NCBI GenBank assembly: GCA_016187565.1
Contig: JACPJR010000026.1
Location: 44,232-108,231 of the forward strand
Direction of reading: 5' to 3'
Length of the DNA stretch: 64,000 bases
Source of the DNA: Candidatus Woesearchaeota archaeon
GTDB taxonomy: Archaea; Nanobdellota; Nanobdellia; Woesearchaeales; JACPJR01
Position 1 is the stretch's first letter. Every line of letters begins with the position of its first letter. The position numbers and the translations under genes are program-made. The notes beneath the pieces were generated by a model, which made no database searches, had not been told where the DNA came from, and worked only from the letters and a program-made list of their open reading frames with translations. Shown here piece by piece: positions 58,502-64,000 of this stretch.

Positions 58502-59380
58502 TTATGATGGTTTCATCATGTAGGGGTAGGCTTGTGAAAAATCCTCAACAGCCATCATGATATTCATCTCCTCAATGCGGATGGGTAAGGGTAACTTAAA
58601 GACATAAAAGGTTATCTCTTCCTGAGCCAGCATCTCCTTGGTAATGGTAATGTTCCCGACAGCACCTCCAATAAGTGCAGGGTTTAAGGTTATGGAAGGA
58701 ACCGTTACCTTTTCCTCGTCTCCAAGACAACCAAATATATTGGCGAGGATCTGCAGAGCAAAAATAACGCTTACAATGGCTATGCCAATAGGACCTGCTG
58801 CAGCCAAAGGCGCTGCAATACTTGAAAGTACCGGGATAGAGGCAGCGGCAAGATAGCTTGCTCCGACACTAATGCCTGCTGCAATAGCTGCATCTTTTGC
58901 CGTATCACCGGTCTGTTTCCATCCCCCACCAGTCAGACCTTTACAGTAGGAAATCTGATATTCAGGAATGGTCACATTTTCATACAACAACAACTGTGCT
59001 TCCATGCGATAAGTCCCAGGAATGAGCGGAACAACAACCGTCTTATTTTTTTCATCGCCTTTTTTAATCACATACTGTTGAAAAGGAGCATCGCCAGGGT
59101 CAGTGCTTATGCGTTCCAGTATCAATAACACTTGCTCTGCTCTTTCGACAGGGCTTGTTTCTGTTGCCAATAATTGCCGTCGTTGTTCTAAGGTAGGGGC
59201 TTGCTGCAGCGCGTAGATATTATCAAAGTCTCTTTCCTTTAAAACAACATTCTGGTAATCAAGCGGCTCAAGGTCTACGGTAATTGGCTTCGTACTCAGA
59301 AGGGATGCCGTGGTCACGGGCAAAAAAAACAGAAGGAGACAGCAACAGAGAACACTTATACGCATCAGTAACGGTTTCAT
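58502..59380 (-). CDS. Secreted protein with C-terminal Ala/Gly-rich hydrophobic anchor
   Basis: Signal peptide MKPLLMRISVLCCCLLLFFLPVTTA. C-terminal AAIAAGISVGASYLAAASIPVLSSIAAPLAAAGPIGIAIVSVIFAL. Confidence 0.55.
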   Translation of the reverse strand: MKPLLMRISVLCCCLLLFFLPVTTASLLSTKPITVDLEPLDYQNVVLKERDFDNIYALQQAPTLEQRRQLLATETSPVERAEQVLLILERISTDPGDAPFQQYVIKKGDEKNKTVVVPLIPGTYRMEAQLLLYENVTIPEYQISYCKGLTGGGWKQTGDTAKDAAIAAGISVGASYLAAASIPVLSSIAAPLAAAGPIGIAIVSVIFALQILANIFGCLGDEEKVTVPSITLNPALIGGAVGNITITKEMLAQEEITFYVFKLPLPIRIEEMNIMMAVEDFSQAYPYMMKPS

Positions 59381-61011
59381 TGTTCAACCACCACCGAAAG
59401 CTCCTCACCTATCTTCGTATCAACGACCACTGAATAGTCAAGATAATCCTGCTTGCTCATGGTGAGGACACCATTTAAGCAGACAGGTAATTGTTTGGTT
59501 ATTCGTGCTTTTTCTTCATCGTCAAGAGAGGTCACTCCAACAAAGAGGCTGCGTGCGCCACAGGCATACATGACCTGAACACCGGGCAATGCCTGTTTTG
59601 TTTGCTTATCCCGTGTTTCAATGGTCACATTGCCACTCAATCGTTGATTCCGCTGGTCAAAGAGGGATTGTTCTCCTAACAAAGGCTCTCCTAGTTGATA
59701 GTCTGTAGTAAGTGCCCAGTTATCACGAATGTTTGTTTCTATGGCAAACTGGAAATGATATCCCTGTCCAGCAAATGCATCATCATCACGTAAGGTTACT
59801 AATACCGGGAAGCTCACATCATATGAAAACTCATACCGCTGGATAAATACTTGGAGAAGACCTTGTAAACTCTGCTGTGAGATCGTGCTTGCCGTGATAA
59901 GCTCACCTTCACGTGGCGTAATGTCAAAATAAACAGGCCACCCTAAATAAAAGAAATCAACGCTATAGGGATAGGGCTTTTCAAGAATCGTGATGACGAA
60001 CATATCGAGAACACCCTGTTGTTCATTCGTCAAGACCGCGTTATTTTCAACACGGTATCTTCGATAACCAGTCGTGTTCGGAATCTGGATGGCCTGGATA
60101 TAGTTGGGCAAAATGAGCTCTTCGATGACCTCTTGAACTTCAGTCTTTATCCAAGGTGCTCGTATGCCGCCAGGGCCAAAGGTTGTGGCAGCAAAGGGTG
60201 GCAGAGGTTTTTCCACACCAGAATACAATGCAATAAGGTTTAAGGTAACGTCCTCAATATATGCCCAGGCAATCTCCTCATTCACGATTTTTGTGGAAAG
60301 CTCGTACATTGCAAAGAGAGGAACATCGATAATACTAATGAATGCATCAAGATCATAGATTTTTTCTCCACGCTGTACGGTTAAGGGGTAGGAGATCTCG
60401 ACAACCACATCCTTCTGCGTCACTATGGTTAAGGGTTGGATATCTCCTGTTTCGGTAATCACCATGCCTTGTTGGGCAAATGGTTTAAAGTCATCAAGGC
60501 AAGCAGGTAGCTCTCGTTGTATCCACCGATCCAATTGTGCTTCCATGGACTTATCGTTTGACGTTCTCATTCCTTCTTGTTGCGTGCTTTTAAGCAAAGG
60601 TCTTCCGCGATCAGAAAACTGACAATCCTTGGTACAGTCATTCCTGCTTTTCAGGTACCACCAGTATGGTACACGTAAGGGACCAAAATCAATAAGCTCT
60701 GACTCTGTTGGTACAGAAGAATAGTGAAAGCTGCTGCCGCTTAAGGTTTCATCAGTAAGACTAATCCACCCTCCCTGCATACCCATAATCTTCAAGCCCT
60801 TCACCGTAACATCAGTAACACAGTTCTCCACATAATCCTGTATTGGTTGCACTTCGGGAGGAACCTTTACTTCTTCTCGTACGGGTGGTTTATATTCGCT
60901 GACTCTGGACTTAATAAAAAAGATAAGGAATGAGGAAAAAATCAAGAGGAGTCCAATAAGCAAAAAAACCGTTACCTGTGCTTTTCTTCCTCTTTTTTTA
61001 TTTGATGGCAT
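59377..61011 (-). CDS. Large pilin-like protein with class III-type signal peptide
   Basis: From the internal Met: MPSNKKRGRKAQ|VTVFLLIGLLLIFSSFLIFFI (charged, then A-Q, then hydrophobic helix). The ORF-track start at 61074 would overlap the upstream gene by 77 nt. ~544 aa extracellular domain. Confidence 0.5.
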   Translation of the reverse strand: MPSNKKRGRKAQVTVFLLIGLLLIFSSFLIFFIKSRVSEYKPPVREEVKVPPEVQPIQDYVENCVTDVTVKGLKIMGMQGGWISLTDETLSGSSFHYSSVPTESELIDFGPLRVPYWWYLKSRNDCTKDCQFSDRGRPLLKSTQQEGMRTSNDKSMEAQLDRWIQRELPACLDDFKPFAQQGMVITETGDIQPLTIVTQKDVVVEISYPLTVQRGEKIYDLDAFISIIDVPLFAMYELSTKIVNEEIAWAYIEDVTLNLIALYSGVEKPLPPFAATTFGPGGIRAPWIKTEVQEVIEELILPNYIQAIQIPNTTGYRRYRVENNAVLTNEQQGVLDMFVITILEKPYPYSVDFFYLGWPVYFDITPREGELITASTISQQSLQGLLQVFIQRYEFSYDVSFPVLVTLRDDDAFAGQGYHFQFAIETNIRDNWALTTDYQLGEPLLGEQSLFDQRNQRLSGNVTIETRDKQTKQALPGVQVMYACGARSLFVGVTSLDDEEKARITKQLPVCLNGVLTMSKQDYLDYSVVVDTKIGEELSVVVEQ

Positions 61012-61765
61012 TGTAGCAGGTAAATTTGTAAAACTCTGATTGAATTTCATTACAGGCTGTTTGTACGTTTTCATTATGACGGTGGATTAAGGCAACGGTT
61101 ACCAGGCATAGATCGTTCTGTTTTTCTCGTGTTAAGCATACTACCTTTGCTTCGGTAAAGTCAAAGCCTTCAAGTTCCTGAACGATTTGATCGATGTTTT
61201 TGGTGAGCGAGAGATAAAGGCCAATGGCTGAGCTCAGAAGGATTAACAACATGATACATCCTATGACAATGATACTGTGGGCAAAGAAAACATCCTTGCG
61301 TTCAGGAGAAAAATATGTTTTCTTAAGGAAATAGCTTCTCCTGTTGTGGACATACCAGAGCGTAAGTCCATTGAGAATGACGGTAACAAGCAATGCTCCA
61401 AGAATCAGTTGTTCCATAAAGCCAAAGATACTGAACTTTAAGAATGCTACTGAGATGAGTGAATTCAGGACGCTGAGGGAATAGAGAACAAAAGCCAAAT
61501 AATAGGACCATGATTTTTGTTCAGCAATACCATACACCAGCACGGCAATAATGACGGTCGTAAGAATATTGACGTCTCGTGCTGCATTGCCAATCAGCAT
61601 TTTGCCTGCAAGCATGGTGCTGGGCACGTAGATCGCTAAGAAGAGATAAAATACTCCAAGAATAAGAGAATAAATGATCAGCACTCGGACTGCATACGGC
61701 CTCTCTTTTTTAAAAGGCTGAGCTACTTTTTCAATCTGCCCCTTCCTCTCTTTTTTCATTCGCAA
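60998..61765 (-). CDS. Polytopic membrane protein (first gene of surface operon)
   Basis: 255 aa, ~7 TM helices, basic N-terminus. Confidence 0.55.
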   Translation of the reverse strand: MRMKKERKGQIEKVAQPFKKERPYAVRVLIIYSLILGVFYLFLAIYVPSTMLAGKMLIGNAARDVNILTTVIIAVLVYGIAEQKSWSYYLAFVLYSLSVLNSLISVAFLKFSIFGFMEQLILGALLVTVILNGLTLWYVHNRRSYFLKKTYFSPERKDVFFAHSIIVIGCIMLLILLSSAIGLYLSLTKNIDQIVQELEGFDFTEAKVVCLTREKQNDLCLVTVALIHRHNENVQTACNEIQSEFYKFTCYNAIK

Positions 61766-61807
61766 GGATTAAAAGAGAACTTCTTTATAAAGTTTTTCTT
61801 ATTTTTT

Positions 61808-61850
61808 CTCGTTGTTTTTGTTGAAAAATCAATTTTTTGGATCTCAAAAC
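61808..61850. repeat. Direct repeat copy A (promoter-like, upstream of surface operon)
   Basis: ctcgttgtttttgttgaaaaatcaattttttggatctcaaaac; near-identical to copy B at 62632-62675. Confidence 0.6.
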
Positions 61851-61871
61851 ATTAATGTGCCGCGTAGGTAA

Positions 61872-62309
61872 CTATTTGGTTTTTTCTTTTTCTTCAGGAA
61901 AAAACAGTTTTACAATATGCTTTGTCTTAAAAACTCTAACTTTATTCTGTTTTTCAAGATGAGGGTCATCTGACCACATCTTAGAATTTTCAATGCCAAA
62001 AGCAGTTGCCAAGAAAACAACATCATCAGGATCAATTTTTCCAAGAAGTTTATCAACTTCTTCTATTTTAAGCTTAATCTGCTCTTCTGGGACTAAAGTA
62101 ATATGCTTTAGTAAATGATTTAACAATTCTGTATATTCTTCTTCATTCATTCCAGATTTTTCTAGAACTAAATCTTTATACTTCCTTATCTCGTGGAAAG
62201 AAGATTCTGGATAGAAAAAGTCCCAGCCAGACTCAACAATAATCTTTCTTACAGTAGAATCCCTAATAAGACTAGCAAGAAGGATATTAGAGTCAATGAC
62301 AAGAATCAT
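61872..62309 (-). CDS. vapC: PIN-domain toxin VapC
   Basis: MILVIDSNILLA N-terminal PIN motif and DDVVFLATAF C-terminal motif; 145 aa; overlaps vapB by 4 nt. Confidence 0.65.
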   Translation of the reverse strand: MILVIDSNILLASLIRDSTVRKIIVESGWDFFYPESSFHEIRKYKDLVLEKSGMNEEEYTELLNHLLKHITLVPEEQIKLKIEEVDKLLGKIDPDDVVFLATAFGIENSKMWSDDPHLEKQNKVRVFKTKHIVKLFFPEEKEKTK

Positions 62310-62533
62310 CTTCTTAGACCGAGTTTTCTTGCAACTGCACTATCTACTTTATTAGCAATTTCATCTACATCTTTTTGTGTTAATTTACTCTTAGCAGTTA
62401 GTTTGTCCATAACATCTAAATCTTCTATCTTCTGGGTTATAGTTTTTCTAACTACTTCACTCCACCTAATCTCAGAGTGTTCTCTCATTCTTGTGTGTAA
62501 ATCTTCCGGTATTGCTAATGTTATATTTGGCAT
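62306..62533 (-). CDS. vapB: VapB-like antitoxin
   Basis: 75 aa, ITLAIPEDLHTRMREH beta-strand/helix N-terminus; upstream of, and overlapping, vapC. Confidence 0.55.
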   Translation of the reverse strand: MPNITLAIPEDLHTRMREHSEIRWSEVVRKTITQKIEDLDVMDKLTAKSKLTQKDVDEIANKVDSAVARKLGLRR

Positions 62534-62631
62534 GTTTTATCACCTTATGTGGATAGATGTGATTACACATATATAAACCTTTCGCTAAGTTTTCGTAAAA
62601 ACGTCCTTTCGTCAGTTAGGAAACCCCCGTT

Positions 62632-62675
62632 CTCGTTGTTTTTGTTTAAAAATCAATTTTTGGGATCTCAAAAAA
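62632..62675. repeat. Direct repeat copy B (promoter-like, upstream of vapBC)
   Basis: ctcgttgtttttgtttaaaaatcaatttttgggatctcaaaaaac. Confidence 0.6.
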
Positions 62676-62759
62676 CGTATGCGGATCGCGGTTATGCTCC
62701 TCCGTTAGGGCAGAGTTCGAGTTTTGGCGTATCGAGGACGAAGAGTCATTCCTTGCTGC

Positions 62760-63020
62760 CTATTTAGACCTAAAATAATAAAGATACAACATAAATACAG
62801 AAGTTAATATATTTAGTGTAAATAGAATATTATTATAGAAATCTCTAACCTCAATGATATTATATATCAACATGAATCCATTTCCAATTACCCAACACCA
62901 AATCATTAAAGCACTTAAACCTTTTCGGGTTTTTGTCTTAACCTGAGTGTAGATTTGTGGTAATACAGAAAAAATTATAAGAATATTTCCCAAAATTGCT
63001 ACAACAGAGAGCATTGTCAT
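62760..63020 (-). CDS. Small hydrophobic membrane protein (weak)
   Basis: 86 aa, three predicted TM helices, very AT-rich. Confidence 0.3.
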   Translation of the reverse strand: MTMLSVVAILGNILIIFSVLPQIYTQVKTKTRKGLSALMIWCWVIGNGFMLIYNIIEVRDFYNNILFTLNILTSVFMLYLYYFRSK

Positions 63021-63358
63021 AATACCTAACTTACTGAATAGTTAATAAATTTTTCGTTAAGCGGGCAAGGAATTATTGAACATAACACATACGCCCGGTG
63101 TTATGCTCTCCGTCGGTTACGAAGTCCCAACGGATTTCGACCGAAAAGTAATTTTGAGAGGCGTTCTATCAACGGAGCGAACAGCGACTTTCAAGAACAA
63201 GAAGTAACGGGGACAATTTTAATTCATCCAAGGCAAAGCCTCTTCAAGTTAATCTATTTTAGGGGAGAGTTCTGTTTCTACAAAATTTCATCGGAATATT
63301 TATATAGGAATTATGCCTTGGCTTATGATATATCACAGTTTACGGGGGAGTTTCGCTA

Positions 63359-63586
63359 ATGATTAATACAAAACAAAAGATACTAGAATTTCTAAAAAAG
63401 GCAGATTGGCCTTCAACAACAGAAGACATAGCAGCAGAAGTTAAAGTATCTTGGAATACAGCACAAGTGCATCTTCTAAAAATGGTTCACGAAGGAATTC
63501 TAAAATATAAGAAAGTCGGAAGACAAAATCAGTTCTGGCTTAATGAAAGTTATGAGAAATACTTTAAGATAGTGGATAAAAAATGA
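63359..63586 (+). CDS. Small winged-helix DNA-binding protein
   Basis: 75 aa; ILEFLKKADWPSTTEDIAAEVKVSWNTAQVHLLKMVHEGILKYKKVGR is a wHTH fold. Confidence 0.5.
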   Translation: MINTKQKILEFLKKADWPSTTEDIAAEVKVSWNTAQVHLLKMVHEGILKYKKVGRQNQFWLNESYEKYFKIVDKK

Positions 63587-63912
63587 TAAAGGAATACAAA
63601 CAATTAAGTTTAGTCAAACCACGAACTGGAATTATAGCAAAAATTTGTGGAATATTCTTAATTTTATTAGGTTTTATAATATTTCTAACAGGAGTAATAG
63701 CCATAATAACTATTATAGGTATATTTTACACATTTGGCGCAGCACTAATAGCTTATGCCTTAGGGTTACTTGGTCTTAGTCTTTTTTTTGGATTAGTTAA
63801 GGCAGAATGTCCTTATTGTGGAGCAAAATTAAAAATTTTGCCATTTCGCCATTCGCTTAGATGTATTAGGTGCTTTAATTTAATATTGCTTAAATGGAAA
63901 GATGAAAAATGA
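63583..63912 (+). CDS. Small membrane protein with C-terminal zinc ribbon
   Basis: Two TM helices then CPYCGAKL...CIRCFNL; overlaps the upstream gene by 4 nt. Confidence 0.4.
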   Translation: MIKEYKQLSLVKPRTGIIAKICGIFLILLGFIIFLTGVIAIITIIGIFYTFGAALIAYALGLLGLSLFFGLVKAECPYCGAKLKILPFRHSLRCIRCFNLILLKWKDEK

Positions 63913-64000
63913 TTGAATCAAAGAAATTTAAACAGATTGATATAGAATTTTCTGAATTTTGTAAAGGCGTTAATAATAAAAATGAGTATCAGCAAGAAAT

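Noticed and set aside
1-64000. CRISPR arrays and rRNA genes
   Set aside because: No regularly spaced direct repeats of 24-40 nt and no rRNA-like conserved stretches were found on reading the whole window.

Overview
This is an AT-rich archaeal chromosomal segment, roughly 38-40% GC by eye. The gene content is typical of a DPANN-like or small euryarchaeal genome.

The left third (1-24.5 kb) is core housekeeping and includes these conserved archaeal operons:
- the tail of ribosomal protein P0 followed by P1;
- S27ae-S24e-Spt4-RpoE'-PIN;
- L44e-S27e-aIF2alpha-Nop10;
- Sm-L37e.

The same region also carries GatE, a Nog1 GTPase, endonuclease IV, glucose-6-phosphate isomerase, a class I mannose-6-phosphate isomerase and CPA2 antiporters.

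The remaining 40 kb is accessory-like. It holds:
- two giant Asn-X-Ser/Thr-rich surface proteins flanking a ChlI/ChlD-like AAA+/vWA pair;
- an AbiEi/AbiEii module;
- an intron-containing tRNA-Leu(TAG);
- a Methanococcus-type S-layer protein with a minimal paralog;
- a compact toxin-antitoxin island (MazEF-like, RelBE-like, orphan VapB-like genes) and a Fic protein.

The most striking feature is a tightly packed ~12-kb minus-strand operon (49856-61765). It encodes eight secreted or membrane proteins. Two carry class III (type IV pilin-like) signal peptides, and two share a C-terminal PDIGP-Gly motif. No ATPase or prepilin peptidase is encoded inside the cluster. I interpret it as a previously undescribed pilin-associated surface or adhesion apparatus.

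A VapBC cassette sits immediately upstream of this operon. It is bracketed by a duplicated ~43-nt promoter-like repeat.

The window ends in an AT-rich region of small genes. Two related GC-rich elements there suggest an integrated element.

No rRNA genes or CRISPR arrays were seen.
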